Assembly (NCBI GenBank): GCA_017483785.1
Contig: JAFUVC010000010.1
Span: forward strand, 1-42,566
DNA length: 42,566 nucleotides
Direction: 5' to 3'
Source of the DNA: Prevotella sp.
GTDB taxonomy: Bacteria; Bacteroidota; Bacteroidia; Bacteroidales; Bacteroidaceae
Within the stretch, counting starts at the first letter, position 1. Each line of letters starts with the position of its first letter. Below the pieces are notes generated by a model that was given only the letters and a program-made list of their open reading frames with translations, was not told the origin of the DNA and ran no database searches. A program made the translations under genes and the position numbers. This document shows, piece after piece, positions 27,721 through 37,167 of the stretch.

Positions 27721-29163
27721 TTACTTAATATTGTCCACCATGCGGAAGAGGCGGCTCCAGCGGATGCCTCCGAAACCGCTGCGGTCGGGGTCGCTGCTCC
27801 ACCAGATGAAAATCGGCTTGCCCACGATGTGGTCCTCGGGCACGAAGCCCCAGTAGCGCGAGTCGGCGGAGTTGTGGCGGTTGTCGCCCTGCATCCAGTA
27901 GTAGTCCATCTTGAAGGTGTACGACGTGGCGTGCTGGCCGTTGATGTAAATCTGGCCGTTTTTCACCGTGAGGTCGTTGCCCTCATAGACCTTGATGGCG
28001 CGCTCATAGACGGCGATGTTGTCCATGGTCAGGGCAATCGACTCGCCCTTCTTCGGAATCCACACGGGGCCGTAGTTGTCGCGCGTCCAGCCGTAGGCGG
28101 CGTTGCGCGGATAGACGCGGTCGTCGCCGCGAATCTCGGTATTGATTTCGATGCTCTCCACGAGGTCTTTGCGCGCCTTGAGCGCCTTTGCCGCCTGATG
28201 GGTCAGGGGAATCACGCCGTCGCGGTTGAGTTGTGCGAGTTGCTCGAGCGAGATGCCGAGTTCCTCCATCAGTTCGTCGGGCATGTGCTCGCGCAGTTTC
28301 ACGCGATAGGTGTATTGCACGTTGTCGGGCTCCTTGTTGGGCTTGCCGTCGAGATAGACGATGCGATTCTTGATTTCGAGCGTCTGTCCGGGCAGTCCCA
28401 CGCAGCGTTTCACGTAGTTTTCACGACGGTCGGTGGGTCGCGAGTCGATGTCGCCATACTGCACGGGGTTGTTTTTCAGGTAGTTGCGTCCGAAGGCATA
28501 CACCTGCTCGTACATATCGTGGATTTGCTGCTGGTTCATCGTCGCGAAGTCGGGATTTCCGAGGTTTTGCAGGTAAATCTGCTCGCCGGAGTCATAGACC
28601 AGGTGGTAATATTCCGTCTGATAGGGAACTTCGGTGAGGATGGTGTCTCCGGCGGGATAGTTGAACACGACGATGTCGTTCAACTCAATGTTGCCGAAGC
28701 CTTTCACGCGGCGATAGTCCCAGTGGGGCCACGAAATATACGATTTCGTGCCGATGAGGGGCATCGTGTGCTGCGTGAGCGGCATGGTGAGCGGCGTTTG
28801 CGGAATGCGCGGGCCGTAACTGAGTTTCGACACGAAGAGGTAGTCGCCCGTGAGCAGCGATTTTTCGAGCGACGACGACGGAATGACGTAGTTCTGGAAG
28901 AAGAACTGGTTGATGAAATAGACGGCGACGAGCGCAAACACCAGCGCATCGACCCACGACATGAGGAATCGCGTGGGGCCTTCGGCGTCTTTCCACCACT
29001 GCCAGCGGATTTTCTTCGTGATATAGACGTCGAAGATGAATGGCACGACGAGCAGTCCCCACCACGATTTCACCCAGTAGAGAAACAGCAGGAACAGCGT
29101 CAGGGCGACGATGAATTTGGCCCATTGGACGGCCATGTTCGGTTTTTTCTTTTCTTTTTTCAT
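27721..29163 (-). CDS. lepB: Signal peptidase I
   Basis: IPSSSLEKSLLTGDYLFVSK (catalytic Ser), YVKRCVG (catalytic Lys), GDNRHNSADSRYWG. Start placed at 29163 (MKKEKK). Confidence 0.95.
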   Translation of the reverse strand: MKKEKKKPNMAVQWAKFIVALTLFLLFLYWVKSWWGLLVVPFIFDVYITKKIRWQWWKDAEGPTRFLMSWVDALVFALVAVYFINQFFFQNYVIPSSSLEKSLLTGDYLFVSKLSYGPRIPQTPLTMPLTQHTMPLIGTKSYISWPHWDYRRVKGFGNIELNDIVVFNYPAGDTILTEVPYQTEYYHLVYDSGEQIYLQNLGNPDFATMNQQQIHDMYEQVYAFGRNYLKNNPVQYGDIDSRPTDRRENYVKRCVGLPGQTLEIKNRIVYLDGKPNKEPDNVQYTYRVKLREHMPDELMEELGISLEQLAQLNRDGVIPLTHQAAKALKARKDLVESIEINTEIRGDDRVYPRNAAYGWTRDNYGPVWIPKKGESIALTMDNIAVYERAIKVYEGNDLTVKNGQIYINGQHATSYTFKMDYYWMQGDNRHNSADSRYWGFVPEDHIVGKPIFIWWSSDPDRSGFGGIRWSRLFRMVDNIK

Positions 29164-29301
29164 TGATATTTTAGTCTTTTTCTTAAATCTTCCGAATATT
29201 TCTATTGGAACGGCATCGTAAAGGAATTGGAAAAAATTATACTCCATATTTATTAGACGCGATATTGTTTGAATTTGTTGCAGTGAAAAGTTTTATTAAC
29301 T

Positions 29302-29907
29302 TTATTTCTCGATTCTTTTTACTCTTTTCACAGTATGCTTGATTTTACCAATTATGAAATTAAGTTCCAAGGTAGATTCTGTTTCCGAAGTTTCAAGGTC
29401 TGGCATCACAATGTCTGAAAGGACTTCTCCAAAATGTCGCATCTTGGTTGTTTGCTTTTTCTTGTCTGTCTCTTTATGCAGACTGACAAGTTCACGTTTA
29501 AGTTCACGCACTTTCGCAAATGTCTCAATGATGGCAAAAGTCACCTCAGTAGCTCTTTGGCTTTTCAGTATCGTAGCGAGCATATACAATCCCCTTTCTG
29601 TAAAGACTCTTGGCATCGTCCTACTCTTCGACGAAACTTTTGTGGTCGAAAAATTCGACCGCAAATCCTGTAATTCTTCCTTATTTAGAAGAAACATATA
29701 TTGGGGAGGGAACTTGTCTGGATTATTGCGAACAGCTTCATTCACTCTTTTTGTCTCGACACCAAACAGGTCTGCCACATCCGCATCGGTCATAACTACT
29801 TGCTGTCTGATTTCAAAGAGTTTTTCATGCACTTCGGAATACGGCAGAGGAGCCTTTTCTACAAGTTTTTCTTGCGATAGTTTCACCAATTTATTTGTCT
29901 TTTCCAT
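29302..29907 (-). CDS. ORF6N (KilA-N-like) domain protein
   Basis: IRQQVVMTDADVADLFGVETKRVNEAVRNNPDKFP, PRVFTERGLYMLATILKS. Markedly AT-richer than the flanks. Confidence 0.85.
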   Translation of the reverse strand: MEKTNKLVKLSQEKLVEKAPLPYSEVHEKLFEIRQQVVMTDADVADLFGVETKRVNEAVRNNPDKFPPQYMFLLNKEELQDLRSNFSTTKVSSKSRTMPRVFTERGLYMLATILKSQRATEVTFAIIETFAKVRELKRELVSLHKETDKKKQTTKMRHFGEVLSDIVMPDLETSETESTLELNFIIGKIKHTVKRVKRIEK

Positions 29908-29919
29908 TTTTCAAATATT

Positions 29920-30702
29920 TTAAGATGCGAATTCAAACAAATCGTTAATCGACAGCAGCCCCTCGTGGTCTTTCGTGAACTCGGCAGCCAGCACGGCACC
30001 GAGCGCGAAGCCCCGACGCGAGTGGGCGTCGTGGGTGATGGTGATGCAGTCGGCCTCGCTGTCGTAACTGACCGAGTGGATGCCCGGCACCTCGCCACGG
30101 CGGTACGAGTAAATCGGAAGCCCCCTCCCGGCCTCCCCCGACTGGGGGAGGTGTCCTGAAGCGCCGTCGCTACCCTCGTCCTTTGCAGTGGGGTCGGGGG
30201 TGAGGCTTATCCAATTATCTTTTCTGTCCAAATTCTCGACAATCTCCTCGGCCAGCGTGATGGCCGTGCCCGACGGATGGTCGAGTTTATGAACGTGGTG
30301 GGTTTCCTCCATGCGCACGTCGTATTGCGGAAACTGGTTCATGATTTTGGCCAGATAGCGGTTCACGGCCGAGAAAACGGCCACGCCGATGCTGAAATTC
30401 GAGGCCCAGAAGAGCGTTTTTCCCTCGGCGCAGGCTTTTCGCACCTCGTCGCCATGCTCCTTGAGCCAGCCCGTGGAGCCCGAAACCACTTTCACGCCCT
30501 GCGCCCACGCCTTCAGGTAGTTGCCGTAGGCGGCAGTCGGATTCGTAAACTCTATGGCCACGTCGGCCGAGCGGAAGGCGTCGCTGTCGAAGTCTTGCTG
30601 GTTGTCCACGTCGATGACGCTCACGATTTCGTGGCCGCGCTGTCGCGCCGTTTCTTCTATCATCCGGCCCATTTTACCGTAGCCGATCAGTGCTATTTTC
30701 AT
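29920..30702 (-). CDS. dapB: 4-hydroxy-tetrahydrodipicolinate reductase
   Basis: MKIALIGYGKMG, IEFT, GSTG, SNFSIG, ETHHVHKLDHPSGTA, FALGAV. Start at 30702, not 30993. Confidence 0.95.
   Translation of the reverse strand: MKIALIGYGKMGRMIEETARQRGHEIVSVIDVDNQQDFDSDAFRSADVAIEFTNPTAAYGNYLKAWAQGVKVVSGSTGWLKEHGDEVRKACAEGKTLFWASNFSIGVAVFSAVNRYLAKIMNQFPQYDVRMEETHHVHKLDHPSGTAITLAEEIVENLDRKDNWISLTPDPTAKDEGSDGASGHLPQSGEAGRGLPIYSYRRGEVPGIHSVSYDSEADCITITHDAHSRRGFALGAVLAAEFTKDHEGLLSINDLFEFAS
30118..30207. repeat. Inverted pair of REP-like palindromes within the dapB coding sequence
   Basis: Perfect stem cctccccc-gact-gggggagg (30132-30151), plus an opposite-orientation copy similar to 11568-11606. Confidence 0.7.
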
Positions 30703-31204
30703 CGTTTTCTGTGTCGTTTTGTTCAAAAGATGAAGGATTTTCCTCCTCAGCGGCGGCTGAGGAAGTGTCGCGACGACCGATGCGCCGCAAAATATGGTTG
30801 AAAGCCTCGAGGCCGAGCAGCACCAAGACGGTGGTTTCCACGGCAAGGAGATACATTCCGGCTCCTGCGGCCATGCCGATGGCAGCCGTGACCCAGAGTC
30901 CGGCGGCAGTGGTGAGTCCGCGCACGGCGTGGCGCTGGAAGATAATCGTTCCGGCTCCGATGAAACCGATGCCGCTGACCACCTTCGCCGCAATGCGCGA
31001 CACGTCGAGACGGTGGTTGTCCGAGGTCAGAACGCCGTCGAAGCCGTGAGCCGAGAGAATCATGAACAGCGCAGCACCCATCGCCACGAGGAAATGGGTT
31101 CTGAAGCCGGCTTCCTTGGCCCGATATTCGCGCTCAAGGCCGATGGCACTGCCGAGAAGGGCCGCAACGAGTATTCTCAGAAAAAATTCCAAGTCTGGTC
31201 TCAT
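30674..31204 (-). CDS. MgtC/SapB family membrane protein
   Basis: IGLERE..KEAGFRTH, SRIAA.VVSGIGFIGAG, GLTTAA.LW. Short acidic tail overlaps the dapB start by 29 nt. Confidence 0.9.
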   Translation of the reverse strand: MRPDLEFFLRILVAALLGSAIGLEREYRAKEAGFRTHFLVAMGAALFMILSAHGFDGVLTSDNHRLDVSRIAAKVVSGIGFIGAGTIIFQRHAVRGLTTAAGLWVTAAIGMAAGAGMYLLAVETTVLVLLGLEAFNHILRRIGRRDTSSAAAEEENPSSFEQNDTENDENSTDRLR

Positions 31205-31210
31205 CTTTTA

Positions 31211-31281
31211 TTTGACGATTTAACTATTCTTCTATTTGACGATTTAACGATTTGACTCGCTCCTCCTTCCTCGATTCTCGA
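31211..31281. repeat. Degenerate octamer TTT(G/A)ACGA x5-6 followed by degenerate CTCGYTC units
   Basis: tttgacga tttaacta ttcttcta tttgacga tttaacga tttgac, then ctcgctc ctccttc ctcgatt ctcg. Fills the GH20-mgtC gap. Confidence 0.7.
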
Positions 31282-31282
31282 A

Positions 31283-32944
31283 TCATTTCTTAAAGAGATG
31301 GGGAGCCACAACCCAGTGGTGCAGGTCGTAGATGGCTTTCAGACGGGTGACGCGCTCTTTGAAGGCGTCGAAATTCTTCTGTTCGGGCTGTAGCCACTGC
31401 ACTTCGGCCAAGGCTGCCATGCGCGGCAGCACCTGATATTCCACGTGTTGCGTCGAATAGATGTATTCGCACCAGACGTTGGCCTGCACGCCCAGAATAT
31501 GCTTGGCCTGCTCGGGGGTGAGGTCGGCAGCGACGGGCTCAAACGCATAGACTTTCTCCGAAGGAGAATGGCCGCCGATGCTCAGCGGCTCGTTGTTGTG
31601 CTTATCGGTCTGGTAATGGTCGAAATACATGGGCGAGTTCGGCGTCATGATGACGTCGTGGCCGAGTTTTGCGCCACGCGCGCCGGGTTCTGCTCCCGTC
31701 CACGACATAATGGTGGCGGTGGTGTCGATGTCGCAGCCGAGCAACTCGTCCCAGCCGATGAGTCGCTTGCCCTTCGTGTGCAGGAAAGCCTCCACACGCT
31801 TCGTGAAATAGCCTTGCAGGCGGTCTTCGGCACGCTGTTTTCCCTCGGCTTTCAGATTCTCGTCCTTGATGCGCTGCTGGCAGAGCGGACACGCCTTCCA
31901 GCGGTCGCGCGGGCATTCGTCGCCGCCGATGTGGATGTATTCCGACGGGAAAACGTCGATGACCTCGCTCAGCACGTCTTCGATGAACTTGAACGTCTGC
32001 TCCTTGCCCGGGCAGAGCACGTCGGCAAACACGCCCCATGTGTGTTCCACCTCGTAGGGACCGCCCGTGCAGCCGTATTCAGGATAGGCCGCGAGCGCCG
32101 CCACCATGTGGCCGGGCATGTCGATTTCGGGAATGATGGTGATGTGGCGGTCGGCAGCGTATTTCACGATGTCGCGACACTCTTCCTGCGTGTAGAAGCC
32201 GCCGTGGCGGATGCCGTCGTCGATGGGCGAGTTGCGGCCCACGACCGTTCCCGAGCGCCAACCGCCGATGGTGGTCAGTTTCGGGTATTTCTTGCTCTCG
32301 AAGCGCCACCCTTGGTCGTCGGTGATGTGCCAGTGGAACTTGTTCATGCCGTGAAGGGCGATGAGGTCGATGAATTCCTTGACGAACTCCACGGGGAAGA
32401 AGTGGCGCGAGCAGTCGAGGTGCATGCCGCGATAGGCAAAGCGCGGCTCGTCTTGGATGACAACGGCCGGAAGATTCACCATTTCAGGCTGCTCGGCGAG
32501 CACGGGCAGCGACTTGCGCAGCGTCTGCACGCCGAGGAAAACGGCCTTCGCGGTCTGTCCGGTAATGGTCACGCCCTTCGCCGTCACGGAAATCGTGTAA
32601 GCCTCTTCATTGGGCTTCGCAGCGGCCTTTTTCTTGCCTTTCGCCGTCACGGGAGCCGCCAGTGCGAGTTGGATGTTGCCCCGAGCGTCGTTTTTCTTGG
32701 CTATCGGGCGCGTCGGCAGGTCGAACTGCGTCATTTCCTTCACATATCCGCTCAAGAAGCGGGCCTCTTTCTCCAGACCGTCGGCATAGACGATGGCGGT
32801 CTGCTTGTTGAGTACAAATCCGGGAGCCTGCTGCTGGGCAATGCTGCGCGGCAGGGGAACGATGTCGTAGCGGGCTGTCTGGGCCTGCGAGGGCATGGAC
32901 ACGAGCATGGTCATCATGCCGATGAGAACGAAGATTCTTTTCAT
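31283..32944 (-). CDS. Beta-N-acetylhexosaminidase (GH20)
   Basis: Signal peptide, PRFAYRGMHLDCSRHF, HWHITDDQGWR, PEIDMPGH, catalytic HIGGDE, GVQANVWCEY. Confidence 0.95.
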   Translation of the reverse strand: MKRIFVLIGMMTMLVSMPSQAQTARYDIVPLPRSIAQQQAPGFVLNKQTAIVYADGLEKEARFLSGYVKEMTQFDLPTRPIAKKNDARGNIQLALAAPVTAKGKKKAAAKPNEEAYTISVTAKGVTITGQTAKAVFLGVQTLRKSLPVLAEQPEMVNLPAVVIQDEPRFAYRGMHLDCSRHFFPVEFVKEFIDLIALHGMNKFHWHITDDQGWRFESKKYPKLTTIGGWRSGTVVGRNSPIDDGIRHGGFYTQEECRDIVKYAADRHITIIPEIDMPGHMVAALAAYPEYGCTGGPYEVEHTWGVFADVLCPGKEQTFKFIEDVLSEVIDVFPSEYIHIGGDECPRDRWKACPLCQQRIKDENLKAEGKQRAEDRLQGYFTKRVEAFLHTKGKRLIGWDELLGCDIDTTATIMSWTGAEPGARGAKLGHDVIMTPNSPMYFDHYQTDKHNNEPLSIGGHSPSEKVYAFEPVAADLTPEQAKHILGVQANVWCEYIYSTQHVEYQVLPRMAALAEVQWLQPEQKNFDAFKERVTRLKAIYDLHHWVVAPHLFKK

Positions 32945-32985
32945 GATTTCTTGTTTTTTAAGTAATTATTTCGTTTTATTTGGGG

Positions 32986-32993
32986 CAAAGATA
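32986..32993 (-). promoter_or_regulatory. -7 promoter box (TATCTTTG) for the GH20-mgtC-dapB-lepB-wbqC run
   Basis: TAnnTTTG on the minus strand. A divergent TAGCTTTG lies at 33058-33065 on the plus strand. Confidence 0.6.
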
Positions 32994-33094
32994 CGAAAAA
33001 GTTTGCAGACAGAATGTTAATTTACAGTCAAAATGCACCGATTATAACTTTTTTTTGTAGCTTTGCAGCTGAAAACATCATGAATTAACTAATT

Positions 33095-33565
33095 ATGAGC
33101 TATATCGAAAAAAATCTGATGGAGGGCGAGCAAGTGGTCTATGAGGCTCGCCAGCACTGGATTATCTACTGGAAGCCGTTTCTGCTGATGCTGCTCGGCA
33201 TCGCGCTGTTCGCCATTCCCACGCAGGACGTGGAACTGATTGTTCAGGTGATTGCGGCGGCGGTTCTGTTCGTCATTGCGGCCATCTGGGCCGTCAACAT
33301 CTACGGCGGAAGGAAGTATATCCTGACAACGAGCCGGCTGATTCTGAAGCGCGGCATCGTTCGCCGCGAATCGACCGACCTGATTCTGCGCCGCTGCGAG
33401 GGCGTGAGCATCCGCCAGTCGATGATGGGCCGCATTCTGAGTTACGGCACGGTGGAGGTGACCACCGGCGAAGTGGTGAACAGTTTCCAGATGATTGAGG
33501 ACCCTGTGCGCTTTTCCACGCAAATCAACCAGCAGATTTCCCGCAATTTCGACCCGCAGGTGTAA
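33095..33565 (+). CDS. Bacterial PH-domain (bPH_2/YdbS-like) membrane protein
   Basis: YIEKNLMEGEQVVYEARQHW, two TM helices, LTTSRLILKRGIVRR, QSMMGRILSYGTV. Confidence 0.8.
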   Translation: MSYIEKNLMEGEQVVYEARQHWIIYWKPFLLMLLGIALFAIPTQDVELIVQVIAAAVLFVIAAIWAVNIYGGRKYILTTSRLILKRGIVRRESTDLILRRCEGVSIRQSMMGRILSYGTVEVTTGEVVNSFQMIEDPVRFSTQINQQISRNFDPQV

Positions 33566-33577
33566 ATTTCGGCGATT

Positions 33578-35311
33578 TTACCGGATTCCCATGCGCGCCT
33601 CGACGACGTTCACGACGTAGTCGGCCAGTTTCTCGCACTCGTTGATGATGTCGAGATAGATGGTGCCGACGGCGTAGGTGTATTCGTGGTTGTTGACGTC
33701 GATGATGTTCTGCGACTTCAACTGGTTGCGGAAGTTGTTGATTTCGTTCTCGATGTTGAATGTGCGGTTCACGTCGTACGACTCCTTGCGGCCGCCCATG
33801 AGCAGGTTCATCTGCGCGAGGGCGTTTTCGGTGAGTTCCATCATCTGGTGCAGGTGGCCGTACTGCGCTTCGGTGAAGTGGTCTTGCTTGCCCTGATACT
33901 TGCGCGAAATGGTGCGTGCCATGTTGTAGCAGGCGTCGCCAATCGACTCGAGTTCGCTGATTTCACGCAGCATGGCGCGGATTTTCGCCTTCGTGTCGTC
34001 GGAAAGGTGGGCGTCGCTGACTTGGTCGAGGTATTTCGCAATCTCGATTTCCATGTTGTCGCTGATGCTTTCGTACTTCTCGATGCGCGAGAACAGTTTG
34101 TTGAAGTCTTCGCCGCCTTTCTCGCCCTTCGTCTTTCCCGTGTTGCTCGACGACTCGTTGAGCAAGTCGCGAACCATGCCGAACATGCGCTGCATACGCC
34201 CCGAGAAGGCCTGAATCTCCTTCTGGGCTTCGAGCACCGAGAGTTCGGGCGTCTTCATGAAGCCGGCCGTGATGAAATGCAGGCGGAAGTCTTCCTCCAC
34301 ATCCACTTTCTTGGGCTTGATGACCCAGCAGACGAATCGCTCAATCTGCGGGATGAACCAGATGAGAATGCCGGCGTTGATGACGTTGAAACAGGTATGG
34401 AAGGCCGCCAGCACGAAGTTCAGCTTCTCTTTCGAGTCCATGTGCGACATGTCTTGGTGCAGGAGGCTGCCCACGTAATCGACCAGCCAGACAACGCCGT
34501 CGATGAACCAGTGGAAGACGAACAAAATCCAGATGACGCCGAAAATGTTGAAAAACATGTGGGCGAGGGCTGCCCTTCGGGCCTGCGTGTTGGCCGAGAG
34601 AGCCGCGAGGTTCGAGGTTATCGTCGTGCCGATGTTCTCACCGAGCACGAGCGCGATACCCTGATAAATGGGCATGGCTCCCGACGAGCAGAGCAGCATC
34701 GTGATGGCCATCACCGCCGCGCTCGACTGCACGCAGAAGGTCATCACGCCGCCCAGCAGCAGGAAGACGAGCGTCGTCATGAAAGAATCGGGGTCGAACG
34801 ACTGGAAAAACGCCGTCACCGTGGGGTTGTGGCCGAGGTCCATGTCGCTTCCCGTGACGCGCAAGGTCGTCAAACCCAGCAAGAGGAACGCCAGACCGAA
34901 GAGGAAATCGCCGACGTAGCGGCGCCGCTTCATGTAAATCAGGATAATTCCGATGAAAAAGGCCAGATAGACGAAGTTCGAGATGTCGAACGAGGCGCCC
35001 AGCGCCATAATCCACGCCGTGAGCGTCGTGCCGATGTTCGCGCCCATGATGACGCTGATGGCCTGCGCCAGCGTGAGCAGTCCGGCGTTCACAAACGAAA
35101 CGGTCATCACCGTCGTGGCCGTCGAAGACTGCACCGAGGCCGTCACAATCGTACCCGTGAGCAGGCCCGTGAAGCGGTTTGTGGTCATGGCACCCAAGGC
35201 GTGGCGCAACTGCGGACCAGCCATTTTCTGAAGGGCCTCGCTCATGCTCTTCATACCGAACATGAGCAACGCCAACGAGCCTAAAAGCTTAAAAATTACC
35301 CAAATTGACAT
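33578..35311 (-). CDS. Na/Pi cotransporter family protein with C-terminal PhoU-like domain
   Basis: VQSSTATTV, MGANIGTT, VQSSAA, LGENIGTT. Soluble C-terminus with ELESIGD and ECEKLADY. Confidence 0.92.
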   Translation of the reverse strand: MSIWVIFKLLGSLALLMFGMKSMSEALQKMAGPQLRHALGAMTTNRFTGLLTGTIVTASVQSSTATTVMTVSFVNAGLLTLAQAISVIMGANIGTTLTAWIMALGASFDISNFVYLAFFIGIILIYMKRRRYVGDFLFGLAFLLLGLTTLRVTGSDMDLGHNPTVTAFFQSFDPDSFMTTLVFLLLGGVMTFCVQSSAAVMAITMLLCSSGAMPIYQGIALVLGENIGTTITSNLAALSANTQARRAALAHMFFNIFGVIWILFVFHWFIDGVVWLVDYVGSLLHQDMSHMDSKEKLNFVLAAFHTCFNVINAGILIWFIPQIERFVCWVIKPKKVDVEEDFRLHFITAGFMKTPELSVLEAQKEIQAFSGRMQRMFGMVRDLLNESSSNTGKTKGEKGGEDFNKLFSRIEKYESISDNMEIEIAKYLDQVSDAHLSDDTKAKIRAMLREISELESIGDACYNMARTISRKYQGKQDHFTEAQYGHLHQMMELTENALAQMNLLMGGRKESYDVNRTFNIENEINNFRNQLKSQNIIDVNNHEYTYAVGTIYLDIINECEKLADYVVNVVEARMGIR

Positions 35312-35312
35312 T

Positions 35313-35350
35313 ATAATTTACAATTTTTTACCATTTACAACTTACAAATT
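35313..35350. repeat. Degenerate ATTTACA heptamer array upstream of the Na/Pi gene
   Basis: ataatttacaattttttaccatttacaacttacaaatt, same family as 39885-39928. Confidence 0.55.
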
Positions 35351-35384
35351 CATCGCCAAACCGCCAAGACGGGTTTAGCAGGTG

Positions 35385-35431
35385 CAAAGATACCTAAAAT
35401 TTTGGGAATACCAAAAAAAATATTAACTTTG
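35385..35431. promoter_or_regulatory. Divergent -7 boxes (TATCTTTG on minus at 35385-35392; TAACTTTG on plus at 35424-35431)
   Basis: TAnnTTTG consensus on both strands between divergent genes. Confidence 0.6.
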
Positions 35432-35493
35432 CACCAACTGAATACCCAAATTTTTCGAAACTTTGTCGTCAAAATCACTAAAAACCAAGAAAT

Positions 35494-37155
35494 ATGAACC
35501 AGACAATTAAGGTGCGCTGCCGCAACAACGGCACGAAATTCGATGTTGAAAAAGGAAGTAGCCTGCATCAGGTGTTTGAAATGGCAAATCTGCCCATGGA
35601 GCACGGCCCCATCGTGGCGAAGGTCAACAATAAGGTAGAGGGCATGGGATTCCGCCTTTACCACAACAAAGACGTGGAATTTCTGGATCTGACCTCGCCG
35701 TCGGGTATGCGCACATACACGCGAACATTGTTTTTCATTCTCTGCAAGGCCGTCCGCGACCTGTTTCCAGAGGCATCGGTCGTCATCGACATTCCCGTGT
35801 CGAACGGCTATTACTGCAATCTGAAACTCGGCCGTGCCGTCACGACGCAAGACGTTGACATGCTGCGACAGAGAATGCAGCAAATCATCGACGAAGACCA
35901 CCCGATTCGCCGTCGGGAAGTGCCTACAGAAGAAGCCATCAAGTTGTTCAAGGGCGTGGGGGCGAACTCGAAGGTGACGCTGCTCGAGACGCTCGGCACG
36001 CTCTACACGGTTTATTACGACTTGGACGGCTTTGTCGATTATTTCTACGGCGCGCTGCTGCAAAATACGGGTGCTGTGCGGCTGTTCGGGCTTGAGCCCT
36101 ACTACGACGGCCTGCTGCTGCGCATTCCCTCGATGAGCAACCCCTTGGTGCTCGGCGAAATGACGCGACAAGACAAGATGTTTGAGGTGTTCAAGGAGCA
36201 CCACCGCTGGCAGAATATTCTCGGCATTGGCACCGTCGGAGAGTTCAACGCGGCCGTGCAACAAGGGTACGCCGGCGAAATCATGAACGTGAGCGAAGCC
36301 TTGCAGGAAAAGAAAATCGCACAAATCTCCGACATGATTGCCGAGCGCAAGGGCGTCAGGATGGTGCTCATCGCCGGACCGTCGTCGAGCGGCAAGACCA
36401 CGACCTGCAAACGCCTGTCGATTCAACTGCTTACACACGGCATACGGCCTGTGCAAATCTCGCTCGACGACTATTTCGTCGACCGCGAGCGCACGCCACG
36501 CGACGAAAAGGGCGATTTCGACTACGAATGCATCCACGCGCTCGACATCGACCTCATCAACCAGCAGTTCAACGCGCTTTTCCGAGGCGAGGAGGTGGAA
36601 CTGCCACGCTACAATTTCCAGACGGGAAAAAGCGAAAAAAGCGGCCAGAAACTGCGTCTGGGCGAAAACGAAATCCTCGTTGTGGAGGGCATCCACGCGC
36701 TGAACCCCGAACTGACGGCGCAGATTCCCGAAGCCCAGAAATTCCGCGTCTACGCCTCGGCCCTGACCACGATTCTGCTCGACACCCACAACTACATCCC
36801 CACCACCGACAACCGACTGCTCCGCCGCATCATTCGCGACGTGAAATATCGCGGTTGCTCGGCCCACGACACCATCCACCGCTGGCCGTCGGTGCGTGCA
36901 GGCGAAAACAAATGGATTTTCCCGTTCCAAGAGAATGCCGACGCGATGTTCAACACCGCAATGATCTACGAACTCGCCGTCATCCGCGCACAGGCCGAAC
37001 CCGCCTTGGAACAAGTGCCCGAAAACTGCGAGGAATACGCCGAAGCCTACCGACTGCGCAAATTCCTGCGCTATTTCGCCCCCGTTTCCAACGAAAATCT
37101 TCCGCCCACATCGCTCTTGCGCGAGTTCCTCGGAGGCAGTTCGTTTGTCTATTAA
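35494..37155 (+). CDS. Nucleoside (uridine) kinase with N-terminal ThrRS-like domain
   Basis: Walker A IAGPSSSGKTT, ISLDDYF, VEGIHALNP, DNRLLRRIIRD, PTSLLREFLGGS. Confidence 0.9.
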   Translation: MNQTIKVRCRNNGTKFDVEKGSSLHQVFEMANLPMEHGPIVAKVNNKVEGMGFRLYHNKDVEFLDLTSPSGMRTYTRTLFFILCKAVRDLFPEASVVIDIPVSNGYYCNLKLGRAVTTQDVDMLRQRMQQIIDEDHPIRRREVPTEEAIKLFKGVGANSKVTLLETLGTLYTVYYDLDGFVDYFYGALLQNTGAVRLFGLEPYYDGLLLRIPSMSNPLVLGEMTRQDKMFEVFKEHHRWQNILGIGTVGEFNAAVQQGYAGEIMNVSEALQEKKIAQISDMIAERKGVRMVLIAGPSSSGKTTTCKRLSIQLLTHGIRPVQISLDDYFVDRERTPRDEKGDFDYECIHALDIDLINQQFNALFRGEEVELPRYNFQTGKSEKSGQKLRLGENEILVVEGIHALNPELTAQIPEAQKFRVYASALTTILLDTHNYIPTTDNRLLRRIIRDVKYRGCSAHDTIHRWPSVRAGENKWIFPFQENADAMFNTAMIYELAVIRAQAEPALEQVPENCEEYAEAYRLRKFLRYFAPVSNENLPPTSLLREFLGGSSFVY

Positions 37156-37167
37156 AAACTGAAAAAA

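Noticed and set aside
29164-29247. N-terminal extension of LepB (MEYNFFQ...)
   Set aside because: Lies in AT-rich inserted DNA. The downstream ATG at 29163 gives a typical basic N-terminus before the TM helices.
30703-30993. N-terminal extension of DapB in the ORF track
   Set aside because: Alternative frame of mgtC. DapB starts at MKIALIGYG (30702).
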